From NCBI GenBank assembly GCA_048882505.1, contig JBHLRO010000033.1:1-30616 (forward strand): a DNA stretch of 30,616 bases, written 5' to 3'. A program made the position numbers and the translations under genes. Positions within the stretch are counted from its first letter, which is position 1; each line of letters opens with the position of its first letter. Below the pieces are notes generated by a model. That model saw nothing but the letters and a program-made list of their open reading frames with translations. It was not told the origin of the DNA and did not search any database. The stretch comes from Candidatus Thorarchaeota archaeon. Its GTDB lineage: Archaea > Asgardarchaeota > Heimdallarchaeia > Hodarchaeales > Hodarchaeaceae. This document shows positions 18,748 to 28,078 of the stretch, piece after piece.

Positions 18748-19437
18748 TTATTTAGGATGTGATAACGGATTAGATTGAAGGAAAACGACTTGTTGATCTT
18801 TGATGCGAATAAGGGAAAAATCGCCCATATGAATGAAAAAACCTGGGTAATTGGCATCTTCGAATGCTTTATCCAATAGTAACAGAAAGATAACTGTAAA
18901 AGGGCCACCGTGAGCAACTATACCAATTTTCTGCCTACCTAAATGAATTTGAGAATCAAAAAATCTCGAAAAACCGATATCTACACGCTTCCAGAACTCT
19001 GCTATGCTCTCTCCGCCAGGAAATTTATAATCTTTGCGGGTCATTAATAATCGAAATACTAGAGAAGAGGGAAACTCCCACCATCTCTGTGGGGGATGAT
19101 ATTTGACTGGATACTTCCGTAGGACATCGTGCTCCGACATCCCTCCCAGCTCCCCGAGATCGATTTCAGAACACCATAAATGCTCTTGGGGGTCGTGGAG
19201 GGGCAACAGACTTGGATTTTCTTTACAGATGATGGAAGCTGTTTGCCTAGCTCTTTTCAAAGGACTTGATATGAGTGAATCCAAAGAATATCTTCTGAGA
19301 GCGAGTCCAAGGATCTTAGCTCGCTGAACGCCACGCTTACTCAATGGTGTTTCTGGATGAACCCAATGACCCGGCAAGAAAGCGGGTTCAGCGTGACGGA
19401 TTAAAAATAGGTCGAGATTTAGATTTTGCAGATCCAT
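18748..19437 (-). CDS. Histidine phosphatase superfamily protein (PGM/CobC-like)
   Basis: LIRHAE, SSPLKRARQTA, EIDLGELGG, PGGES, VAHGG. Confidence 0.92.
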   Translation of the reverse strand: MDLQNLNLDLFLIRHAEPAFLPGHWVHPETPLSKRGVQRAKILGLALRRYSLDSLISSPLKRARQTASIICKENPSLLPLHDPQEHLWCSEIDLGELGGMSEHDVLRKYPVKYHPPQRWWEFPSSLVFRLLMTRKDYKFPGGESIAEFWKRVDIGFSRFFDSQIHLGRQKIGIVAHGGPFTVIFLLLLDKAFEDANYPGFFIHMGDFSLIRIKDQQVVFLQSNPLSHPK

Positions 19438-19579
19438 TCATGTAGCCATCCTTCTGCTGTAAGGTCGATCGAATCTAAGGTTTATCTGACGAGAGGAATA
19501 ATCTTCCCAGCCTCATATTTCTGGGGAACTGGAACCACAATTTGGATTCAAGTAACTCAATCGGACCATATTAATGATT

Positions 19580-20281
19580 TCATCCATGGGCTTTTCCCGA
19601 TATTGATTCGTTTTGAGCACGTGCCTCATCAAGGATCTTTTGAGCAGCGCGGAGATGTTGCTCAATTGTAACCTGTGTATAGGAGGGAGCTGGTGACGCT
19701 AATAATTGCATAACTCCAGATATTCGGTAGTCATTCCTGAGTAAAGCATCTATTAATTCCCGATCAATTGATGGAAACAAGAATGTAAAGTGAATAATAT
19801 TCTCAAAAGAAAAGACGTAGCGTTTCCAAAGTTCAGACCGCTTTGGAAGGCTTTTGATTACCTCTCTACGTCTTTTTTTCCAATTGTCAGAAATTCCCTC
19901 TCTTAAACGGTCAAGAAACAGGTCAAGCTGATCCTCATTTTTTATAATCGTCCGCATTGTATGAATAATTGCCATAGGATAGTAGGGAATATCATCTTGA
20001 AGTGAATAGTATTCACGAACATGAGTAGTAGAGAATGTAAAGGGAACCAAAAGAATGAAACCGTTGGCAACGCCTATTACCTCTTTGTTATAGGCATCTT
20101 CAATCCAAATAGAGAATAATCGGGCGCTACGAGAATCTATGTCAGGAATATCCTTCGACCAAGCATGTATATTCGTAAAATCAGCAACCCATGGACCGAG
20201 CATTTCGATAATTTTGGAAGTATCGACCTCCCGATTTCCAAAATACCTCTGAATCAAGCTTATCTGATCGAATTTTGTCAT
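19580..20281 (-). CDS. Hypothetical protein, possibly degenerate GNAT fold
   Basis: 233-aa ORF with an ATG start. EVIGVANGFIL and DRELIDALLRNDYRISG are only loosely GNAT-like. Confidence 0.6.
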   Translation of the reverse strand: MTKFDQISLIQRYFGNREVDTSKIIEMLGPWVADFTNIHAWSKDIPDIDSRSARLFSIWIEDAYNKEVIGVANGFILLVPFTFSTTHVREYYSLQDDIPYYPMAIIHTMRTIIKNEDQLDLFLDRLREGISDNWKKRRREVIKSLPKRSELWKRYVFSFENIIHFTFLFPSIDRELIDALLRNDYRISGVMQLLASPAPSYTQVTIEQHLRAAQKILDEARAQNESISGKAHG

Positions 20282-20519
20282 CCTTTCTAGATCAATTGGG
20301 ACTTCTCGCCCATCATGGATAACTAAGTTAAATTTCTTTGAGTTTTTTTCCAGATTTTACACCCTAAAAAGAAAACCTAATTTGCTGGAATCATCCTTAA
20401 TTCAAAAATTTGTTTCAAAAATTCGTAAAATTTTAGTAAATTATGGAGTTCGATAGGAGGAGGAAATTAAAATTATTGACCTTTAAATCAGTGTCCCTCT
20501 CTCATTCTCGAACTATAAT

Positions 20520-20546
20520 AAAAAAAAAGTTGATTGTGAAATCAAC
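20520..20546 (-). terminator. Hairpin plus U9 intrinsic-type terminator after the second hsp20
   Basis: The - strand reads GTTGATT-TCAC-AATCAAC-TTTTTTTTT, starting 14 nt after the stop codon. Confidence 0.7.
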
Positions 20547-20559
20547 CAATATTTTGACG

Positions 20560-20928
20560 CTACTCAATGTTTACGTCGAGCATATCTGATTTTTCTTCCA
20601 GTGGGACATCTATAGATAGCAAACCGTTTTTATAACTGGCTTTTATATTCTCTTTGTCAATTATACGGCGAAAATCAAATCGACGCTTGTATTTGACCTT
20701 CTCCTTATCAGAATCCGGTTTTTTGTAAGCGATTCCGACCTTTAGATGATTGCCGCTTGCCTTGATACGAATATTTTCTTTCTCAATTCCTGGAAATTCA
20801 ATGTTAAATCTGTACAAGTTCTTTTCTTCGTCGTAGTCATAAGTAGCTCGGGGTTTAAACCACCCTTGTTTTCGTGCCCAACCAGGTGGAGCACAATAGT
20901 ATCTAGGATAATGCATAATTTTTTTCAC
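20560..20928 (-). CDS. Small heat shock protein (Hsp20), second paralogue
   Basis: YRFNIEFPGIEKENIRI, IDKENIKASYKNGLLSIDVP, C-terminal V-N-I. Confidence 0.9.
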   Translation of the reverse strand: MKKIMHYPRYYCAPPGWARKQGWFKPRATYDYDEEKNLYRFNIEFPGIEKENIRIKASGNHLKVGIAYKKPDSDKEKVKYKRRFDFRRIIDKENIKASYKNGLLSIDVPLEEKSDMLDVNIE

Positions 20929-21331
20929 CTTTTGTTAATAAAATGGTCGTGTAAGTAGATATTATTAGCTCCTTTAAAATGACCTAGTCTGAGGTAAAAT
21001 ACATAAACAAGCCATGATTTCGAATTTCCAATCGAATTGCAGTATGATCTAATGCAGAATAGCCTGTTCGAAAAACAGAGATTTCTTACCAGCGGCGCAT
21101 TGCGAAGATGATTGGGAGTCGGGAAATCCTGGCACTTCTATATCAACAGAAGAAAAAGGCTACGTGTCGAATAATTATGAACCTCCCGGTATCTCTGAAG
21201 AGTACAAGAGTTAAACTTTACTTGACAGCTAAAGTCTGATGGATTCTCCCTGTTCGCATCCTTTAAAATAAGTTCAAAAATGACTACTCTAGTCTCGTAT
21301 AAGGATCAATCTATGATCTTTGGTGATTTTA

Positions 21332-22255
21332 TTGACATTAACTCCTCGAGTTAAAGAAATTCTATCCTGGTACAGCTCTGAAAATCCAGGAACGATACGT
21401 AACTTAGCTAGAATGTTAAATTTCGGAGCTCTTGCAGGTACAGGGAAATTCGTTATATTACCCGTAGACCAAGGGTTCGAACATGGACCGGCTCGTAGTT
21501 TTGCTCCGAATTCAATGGGATATGATCCACTCTATCATGCAGAATTGGCTTTGGATGCTGGTTGTAATGCGTATGCGGCTCCATTAGGTTTCATAGAATC
21601 CGTTGCTCGTGAGTATCCCGAATTACCGCTTATCTTGAAACTCAATAATGCGGATTCTCTTTACACGTCCCCTGATCCTGCCCCTGCGGTTACCGCCTCT
21701 ACTGATGATGCCTTGCGATTGGGGTGTTGTGCCATTGGTTATACGATTTATCCGGGTTCAGCATTCCGAAATGAAATGTATGAAAAACTTCAATACCTGA
21801 CTCAATCAGCCAAAGAAGTAGGTTTAGCAGTTGTCGTTTGGAGCTATCCACGCGGTAGCGGGATCACAACAAAGGAAGGTGAAACAGCCATTGATGTGGT
21901 TGCCTATGCAGCCCAAATTGCCGCGCAACTGGGGGCTAATATCATCAAAGTAAAACCTCCGACCTCCTTCATTTACCAAGAGGCCGCGAGAAGAATCTAT
22001 GATGAACAGAACATTCCCATCGGTACACTAAAAGATCGAGTAACCCACGTGATACAAGCCGCATTTAACGGTAGACGCATTGTTATTTTTTCTGGTGGCG
22101 CAGCCAAAGGCCGAGAGGAAATTTTACAGGAAATTCGTGAAATCAACAAAGGCGGTGGCTTTGGATCAATTATAGGCAGAAATTCATTTCAACGCCCAAA
22201 AGAGGAAGCTATCTCTCTTCTCAATGAGATAATGGAGATTTACAGAGCTGCCTAG
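21332..22255 (+). CDS. fbaB: Class I fructose-bisphosphate aldolase (DhnA/FbaB type); start moved from 21320 to TTG 21332
   Basis: ILPVDQGFEHGPARSFAPN, AYAAPLG, WSYPRG, Schiff-base IIKVK, IIGRNSFQRP. SD GGTGA at 21322-21326 favours TTG 21332. Confidence 0.92.
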   Translation: MTLTPRVKEILSWYSSENPGTIRNLARMLNFGALAGTGKFVILPVDQGFEHGPARSFAPNSMGYDPLYHAELALDAGCNAYAAPLGFIESVAREYPELPLILKLNNADSLYTSPDPAPAVTASTDDALRLGCCAIGYTIYPGSAFRNEMYEKLQYLTQSAKEVGLAVVVWSYPRGSGITTKEGETAIDVVAYAAQIAAQLGANIIKVKPPTSFIYQEAARRIYDEQNIPIGTLKDRVTHVIQAAFNGRRIVIFSGGAAKGREEILQEIREINKGGGFGSIIGRNSFQRPKEEAISLLNEIMEIYRAA

Positions 22256-22639
22256 TAATTTCCATTTCTAGATCTACAAGGCGATTCAACTAGGTCTGTC
22301 AAGGTGTACCTTCCCGTTCCTTGAAAAAATGCCTTTACAACGTTTGCAACAGTCAAATCAAACCATGGTTATATTGGCGAATTTGCAGTACCTTTTCCTG
22401 GTTACCCCTTTACTTTAGAAATGGATTTTAACTCCACCATTCAATTAACAAACATACTTCAAACCCTTTCATAGTAGCCTAATGATGGACGTACCTCCTA
22501 GTTCCATACCTTCTCTATTCCCTCAGTATCAGAACTTGCTAAAAGGAATCGATCGGTCGATGGTGTTATTGGAATTACTTTTAAAGCAGTTTACGAATAA
22601 TGTACTCGGATGCGATAAAAAGGAACTTGAGATGGGATA

Positions 22640-24223
22640 TTGACTGAACAAATGGATCTCGATCAAAACGTAGGCAATTTAGAACTTTCAGATCTCACGA
22701 TCGAGAAACGTGAATATCAGATAGCTGCTACCAAAGAAATCATTGATAATCTGCCCAATTCCGTTCTATTAAACTACCCATACGGAACTGGTAAAACGAT
22801 TATAGCATTACTGACTTTTTTGGCTCTCAGGAAAGAGTACCCTACCGCTCAGTTTGTTTTTACGTCTGCACGAGAGGCAGCTGCGCTCCGTTGCCGTCAA
22901 GCATTAGAAATGGCAAAGGAATTCGGTTTTGTGGGCAAATTAGGGTATCTTTTGGATCCGAAAGGGGGAAAGGGATTAAGCCTTTCTCAACGTGTTAAGA
23001 TGTTCAAAGCAAGTACAGTGATTTTTTGTCCAATCACAACCCTGATGAACGAACGATTTCAAATTAAAAGTCGACTCAATATTGATATCCTTGGTTCGGT
23101 GCATCTGATGGTTATCGATGAAGCAACAGATGTGCTAGCTAGATCAGTAACGGGATTTCGCCTTTCCAAACACTTTGATGAGATGTTTCGGGTGAGAGCG
23201 AAAGCTAAGCCATTTCCCATTCTTGCCTTGACCGGAAGTCGCGATCAGACACGAATCCAGGCCATTCTGCGCTATATTGGAGACTCTTCGCACTTGATGC
23301 AAAAAATGGAGCTGTCTCCATACGAATCAATTACTAGAATCCACCAAATAGTGAGGAACGACTATATCACTTCAGATCAATGGATATCCTCCGCCATGGC
23401 CAAGCCTATTACCAACATACAAAACATCCTTAGTCCTAAATTAACAAGACTCGAAATAATTAAGATGTCGTACGGAGGAGTATTGGACAGACTTCAATCT
23501 TCCCCTGGACAGTTTCCCATTAAAATAGGAAATTATGAAGTTTCAGACGATAAGACCCGACAAGAAGCAATATCTGCGTTCATTCTACTCTTTAAACTTC
23601 TCCATGCTAGGTTACTGTTATTAGAATCAACCCCAGGTGAGTTTCTGCGGTATATTAAGGCCGAAGAAAATCAAGAAATTTTTGAGGATCTTATTCCGCT
23701 TAGCTCGGACATAATATCCTATAGAGCCGAATTTACGCCTTTCGATGATCCTGATGATCGTAAACCTAGGGGATTAATACATCCAAAGGTGGAACGGGCA
23801 ATCGGTATCATCTATGATCATCTGACTCGGGGAGCCAAAATATTGCTGTTTTCTCGCTATATAGCATTAGGGGAACAACTCAACGCGCTATTACAGGCGC
23901 TTAAATTTCCAGGGGTCAAGTTTCTATCAGGAAAAACTCCAGAAGACACCAGACGGATTATTATCGATCAATTTCGAAAAGAAGATGTGGATGTATTAAT
24001 CTTTACCCCAGTAGGAGGTAGAGGATTAAATTTAGGAGAAGCTGATGTGGTTGTCCATCTGGATGTAACCAGTAATCTAGATGATATGACTCAGCGTAGA
24101 GAACGGGCAAGGGGTTGTATGGAATATGTGCTTGTTCTAATGCAGACAAGTGAAGAAGCCAAAGTTCTAGAGTATCAAAAACTAACAGGAGCAAGTGTAG
24201 ATGACACTAGAATGCGTTCCTAG
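22640..24223 (+). CDS. SF2 helicase-like protein, Hef/FANCM (ERCC4-helicase)-like, no nuclease domain
   Basis: Q-motif REYQ, motif I YGTGKT, motif II DEAT, motif III LTGS, HPKVE.., ILLFSRY, TPVGGRGLNLGEADVVVHLD, motif VI QRRERARG. Confidence 0.8.
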   Translation: MTEQMDLDQNVGNLELSDLTIEKREYQIAATKEIIDNLPNSVLLNYPYGTGKTIIALLTFLALRKEYPTAQFVFTSAREAAALRCRQALEMAKEFGFVGKLGYLLDPKGGKGLSLSQRVKMFKASTVIFCPITTLMNERFQIKSRLNIDILGSVHLMVIDEATDVLARSVTGFRLSKHFDEMFRVRAKAKPFPILALTGSRDQTRIQAILRYIGDSSHLMQKMELSPYESITRIHQIVRNDYITSDQWISSAMAKPITNIQNILSPKLTRLEIIKMSYGGVLDRLQSSPGQFPIKIGNYEVSDDKTRQEAISAFILLFKLLHARLLLLESTPGEFLRYIKAEENQEIFEDLIPLSSDIISYRAEFTPFDDPDDRKPRGLIHPKVERAIGIIYDHLTRGAKILLFSRYIALGEQLNALLQALKFPGVKFLSGKTPEDTRRIIIDQFRKEDVDVLIFTPVGGRGLNLGEADVVVHLDVTSNLDDMTQRRERARGCMEYVLVLMQTSEEAKVLEYQKLTGASVDDTRMRS

Positions 24224-24269
24224 TTTTTATCTGATCGTTTCGGCTGTCTTCTCTCCGATTAGGCCACTC

Positions 24270-26804
24270 TTAGGATAATACGCTTAATCGGATTGGTTCA
24301 ACTTTCTTATAATCTTTCATTAAAACCTTCAATGGATCTTCCTTAACCGTCGTTAACGACACGGGGATTTGGAAAAGCTTCTCGTTTTCTTCGAGAAATG
24401 GAAGTAGTAGGTTCAAGTCGGCCTCTTGAATGGTTGACAGTTGACCACCATTCAGTTGGTTGGTCTCCACTTTGTCTTTTGGATCACGAACATAGATCGC
24501 CCCCCCTGATGCCAAGGAAAACAAGTTACTCCCAGGATAGGGGGTATCGAGAGATTCTAATTCCCCCAATCCATTAAACTTGATACCATTTAGAACAACA
24601 AACCCTCCACCTTTGAGAGGGTCTCCAGCCATGAAGGATTCCGCGAGATAATCCAAACTTGTTCCATTTATTATAACACGAGGTTTTCCCACTGCATTGA
24701 TCAGAGGTCGTCCTGCAGCGTTACCCAGAACATAGGTCTCACCTCCCTTAGCACCATACATGAAAGTCTGACCCACATCGCCGTAAATAACGACTTTGCC
24801 AGCTTTCATTATATTACAGACTTGGTCTTGCGCACTAGTATGGACATAGATTTCCGCCCCGTCAAGACCTGATCCTAGATAATCTCCTGGATTTCCATAC
24901 ACATCCAATCGAAATCCGTGAGAATTTGGACCTAATCCGCATCCGCAAAATCGCTGGCCTCGCCAATCAAACGTGTACACATGTTTCCATCCCATTTTAT
25001 AGGCCTTGACAATATATTGCGCCGCAGATTCATCTCCTTCGGCAGGGAACTCAGATGCATCCAAAATTAAAGCTGTCTCATGTGAAGATGGACGTCTCAA
25101 CCATGTCCTCGATTTCCAACCGATTCGAGTCCAGGATTGGTTTGAATCATTATCTATTCTTGGAATCTCTCGAAAAATCTTTGAAATAGTGGTTTCAATG
25201 CTATCCCTGGCCCTTCCGTCCCTACCAAATGGGGAGATGTGCAAGCTGTCAAGTAAGGAGGTTAATATGTGAATAGAGTTCTGGATTCTTTCCTCTGAAC
25301 CGCGTATCTGATTACAAAGATTTGTACAAAAGTCGGAGAGTGTTTGATGCTGGTCTAATTCTGTGGGATTTTCCAAAACATGATTTTGAAACATTTGAGA
25401 AAGGAAAGAAGGGAAATTGCCAACCGAAATCTTAGGCTTTCGGGCATCAATCGGTCTGCCAAACTTATCGGTACATATCAGCTTCATCTTTCCGTCTGTT
25501 AATTGATGAATGGTATAAACAAATGCTCCTCCGTCTGTATGGCTGCCCCCTCGCGCGTTCCAATAAATATCAGCCTTGGCTGCGAACCTAGAATCAGTTT
25601 CAGCAAGACTTCGGAGTAAAGCATCAATCGCTTGACGCTCCGAAGCAATTAAACCTATTTCCTCTTCATTCTGTTGTAGAGCAAATACCTGAGGACGGAG
25701 CATGGATGTATCTGTTATTCCTATTAATTCGATGTTTCGTGTCTGCGGTTTTGATCTACCGACGATGAAAAACCAAGGGCCGTCAGGGGAGCCATGAATA
25801 TGGGTGGTTTGGAGTTCACGGTAAATTTGCTTTCTATCCTCGTCGAGCATCAAAAAATCTCTTTCCATTGTGGGCGCCAGAGCTTCTAACACGTATTCCA
25901 GAGGGTACTTGTAGATCCGGTCCCACAAATCAAACAAATAGACTGCGACTTCCGTATCGGTAAGAAAGAGAGGATATATGTTGCGTTGGGCTAAATATTC
26001 TGAGACCGAATGATAATTCGAGAAATCTCCATTGTGTACGAGCACCTCATGCAACCCAATGAAGGGATGGGCACCTCCAGGATGCCAAACGGTTCCTTTA
26101 GTTGGATATCTGTGATGTCCGATCCAAATATGGCCGGAAACATTCAAGAGTTGGTAGTATTGAATCACCTGATGTCCATAACCTACAATTTTGAAAACCA
26201 GCATGTTTTTTCCATGACTGAGTACGAATGCTTTTTTTTCACCCAAAGAAGCATAATACTTCTTATTCAAAGCATACGAGTTTTGATAGACAAACTCGTC
26301 CTCAATATCTTGATCACTTCCATTTAATCCATGTTTATCCTTGAAATCAATCAGTATTTTCTCATTAACTCTACAGAAATAGCGATAGACACGAGGGGGT
26401 GCAACTTCTAAACCTATTTTCTGAAAATCCTCCATTGTGTCTACCCATCCCTCCGAATGAATGTCGAAAAAGGGGATTATGAACTCCCGTTCTAGCTGTG
26501 TTTTACAGCTCGCTTCTAGAAAGGCAATTTGAATGATATAATCATCATCTAGCATGCTCTGAGAGATGCCAAGTTCTTCCGCTGAAAGGCCAAGTATGGC
26601 TACTCCGCCACCTTTGCCATTTCCTCGATTCTTCATCTGAATTAGCGCGTTTAAAAGATGGGACCCTTTAATTTGGGTTGAACTAGCCACTCCTATAACT
26701 CCACATCCTCCTTCAGAAACTTTTTTCATTGAAATCTTGGAATCTTCAACTAGAGAAGCCCTGGATTTCAATATGTTCTCTACTAATCCCAATCTAGCCA
26801 CCAC
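24270..26804 (-). CDS. Glutamate synthase GltB1 (Ntn amidotransferase) + GltB3 (GXGXG beta-helix) fusion
   Basis: EGG-CGVIG (catalytic N-terminal Cys after propeptide), MKNRGNGKGGG, GHHRYPT, HPF, HNGD, TDTE. The C-terminal part has GQRFCGCG, GNPGDYLGSGLDG, GDVGQTFMYGAKGG and YLAESFMAG. Confidence 0.92.
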   Translation of the reverse strand: MVARLGLVENILKSRASLVEDSKISMKKVSEGGCGVIGVASSTQIKGSHLLNALIQMKNRGNGKGGGVAILGLSAEELGISQSMLDDDYIIQIAFLEASCKTQLEREFIIPFFDIHSEGWVDTMEDFQKIGLEVAPPRVYRYFCRVNEKILIDFKDKHGLNGSDQDIEDEFVYQNSYALNKKYYASLGEKKAFVLSHGKNMLVFKIVGYGHQVIQYYQLLNVSGHIWIGHHRYPTKGTVWHPGGAHPFIGLHEVLVHNGDFSNYHSVSEYLAQRNIYPLFLTDTEVAVYLFDLWDRIYKYPLEYVLEALAPTMERDFLMLDEDRKQIYRELQTTHIHGSPDGPWFFIVGRSKPQTRNIELIGITDTSMLRPQVFALQQNEEEIGLIASERQAIDALLRSLAETDSRFAAKADIYWNARGGSHTDGGAFVYTIHQLTDGKMKLICTDKFGRPIDARKPKISVGNFPSFLSQMFQNHVLENPTELDQHQTLSDFCTNLCNQIRGSEERIQNSIHILTSLLDSLHISPFGRDGRARDSIETTISKIFREIPRIDNDSNQSWTRIGWKSRTWLRRPSSHETALILDASEFPAEGDESAAQYIVKAYKMGWKHVYTFDWRGQRFCGCGLGPNSHGFRLDVYGNPGDYLGSGLDGAEIYVHTSAQDQVCNIMKAGKVVIYGDVGQTFMYGAKGGETYVLGNAAGRPLINAVGKPRVIINGTSLDYLAESFMAGDPLKGGGFVVLNGIKFNGLGELESLDTPYPGSNLFSLASGGAIYVRDPKDKVETNQLNGGQLSTIQEADLNLLLPFLEENEKLFQIPVSLTTVKEDPLKVLMKDYKKVEPIRLSVLS

Positions 26805-28050
26805 GGTAAACCAACAAATCAGTTCGGCCCCTTAGCTCACGAATCGACTTCATCTCATAAAAAGATAACAAGCGCCGCCATTGAATGGCCCACGAGTTGT
26901 ACAGGTTAACAATACGCTGGGCCCCCCAATTTGGATCTATCAATAGGGAGAGTTCTGGATCAGTCGTCGTAATACCGATCTGACAGCCACGACCCCGCTC
27001 GCAATTTCCACAATGTGTACATCCAACGGCCACAGCCTCCGCCGTACCAATAACGCAGCCATCTGCACCTAAAGCGATTGCCTTGGCAACATCATATGCT
27101 GTCCTAATCCCTCCGCTGGCGATAAGGACGATTTCGTCTCTAACTCCCTCGGATTTCAGATATTTGTGAACAATTGGGATAGCGTATTCAATAGGCATTG
27201 CAATATTCTTTTTTGCAATTTCAGGAGCAGCTCCCGTCCCACCGTAAGCACCATCAATGTGAATGATGTTTGCTCCGGCATAATAGCTTCCAATAGCAAC
27301 CATATCAATGTCTTCGGGAGTTGAAACTTTAACTGATACTAGTGCCGTCGGATTTATGGTTCTTATCCAGTCAACATGCTTTTTATGATCTTCTACCGAG
27401 TAAACAGAGTGAAAAGGAAACGGAGAATATAAAGTGGTAAAAGGCATTGATTCACGCATTTTCGCAACCATGGAGGTCACCTTATCGGCTAAAAGATGCC
27501 CGCCCAATCCCGGCTTCGCCCCTTGAGCATACTTGAATTCAACTATCCGTGCATATTGAACGGTTTCTTCTCGTACTCCAAATAAACCAGTTGCGACTTG
27601 AGTAATGACGTGATCCCTAAAGGGGATTAACGCTGGGGGATATCCACCTTCTCCAGTTGAAGTGAAAGAACCAAGTCGTTGCGCTGCTATTGCCCTTGCC
27701 AGCATGAAATTCAGACTTACGGATCCCAAGGACATCCCTCCGCCATACACAGGGATTAAGGATTGGATGGATGGGCCCTCATTTCTAAGGTTCAACGGAA
27801 TTGAAAGGTCAATATTTGGAGCCGCAGGCAGATCTAATGTTTCGATCTGACTTAAGGCCATGAACTCAAGCCTATCGAATCCTCCCCCGGAGTCTCCAAC
27901 TTTATATTCAAGTCCAGATTCGGGAGGTGTTCCAGTCATGGCTTGATGGTACGTCGCCAGAAGGAGCTCCATCGTCCATCGTTTATCGCCTAATCCGGAG
28001 GGAAGACCATACTGCAGAGTAGGTAAAACCGCTAATCCTTCTGATATCAA
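26794..28050 (-). CDS. Glutamate synthase FMN-binding subunit (GltB2), catalytic type; the track start is 28152, but TTG 28050 avoids overlap with the upstream gene
   Basis: GGGMSLGS, TGEGG, QVATGLFG, EFKYAQGAKPGLGGHL, SVKV, DGAYGGTGAAP, ASGGIR, ALGAD, Fe-S motif CTHCGNCERGRGC. Confidence 0.92.
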   Translation of the reverse strand: MISEGLAVLPTLQYGLPSGLGDKRWTMELLLATYHQAMTGTPPESGLEYKVGDSGGGFDRLEFMALSQIETLDLPAAPNIDLSIPLNLRNEGPSIQSLIPVYGGGMSLGSVSLNFMLARAIAAQRLGSFTSTGEGGYPPALIPFRDHVITQVATGLFGVREETVQYARIVEFKYAQGAKPGLGGHLLADKVTSMVAKMRESMPFTTLYSPFPFHSVYSVEDHKKHVDWIRTINPTALVSVKVSTPEDIDMVAIGSYYAGANIIHIDGAYGGTGAAPEIAKKNIAMPIEYAIPIVHKYLKSEGVRDEIVLIASGGIRTAYDVAKAIALGADGCVIGTAEAVAVGCTHCGNCERGRGCQIGITTTDPELSLLIDPNWGAQRIVNLYNSWAIQWRRLLSFYEMKSIRELRGRTDLLVYRGG

Positions 28051-28078
28051 TTTGGCATGCTTTTCAATCTGTACGGAT

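Noticed and set aside
21017-21038. TTCGAATTTCCAATCGAA upstream of hsp20, resembling a eukaryotic heat-shock element
   Set aside because: The spacing does not fit nGAAnnTTCn arrays, and nothing similar lies upstream of the other hsp20.
21040-21240. Short open stretches in all three + frames between hsp20 and the aldolase
   Set aside because: At most about 45 aa from a plausible start, with no SD and no motif.
22256-22600. Protein-like reading (..GYIGEFAVPFPGYPFTLEMDF..) continuing the aldolase frame; also a - strand Cys-rich frame interrupted by TGA (possible Sec)
   Set aside because: Four internal stops, no start codon, no recognisable family and no SECIS seen. Compatible with chance or a very decayed remnant.
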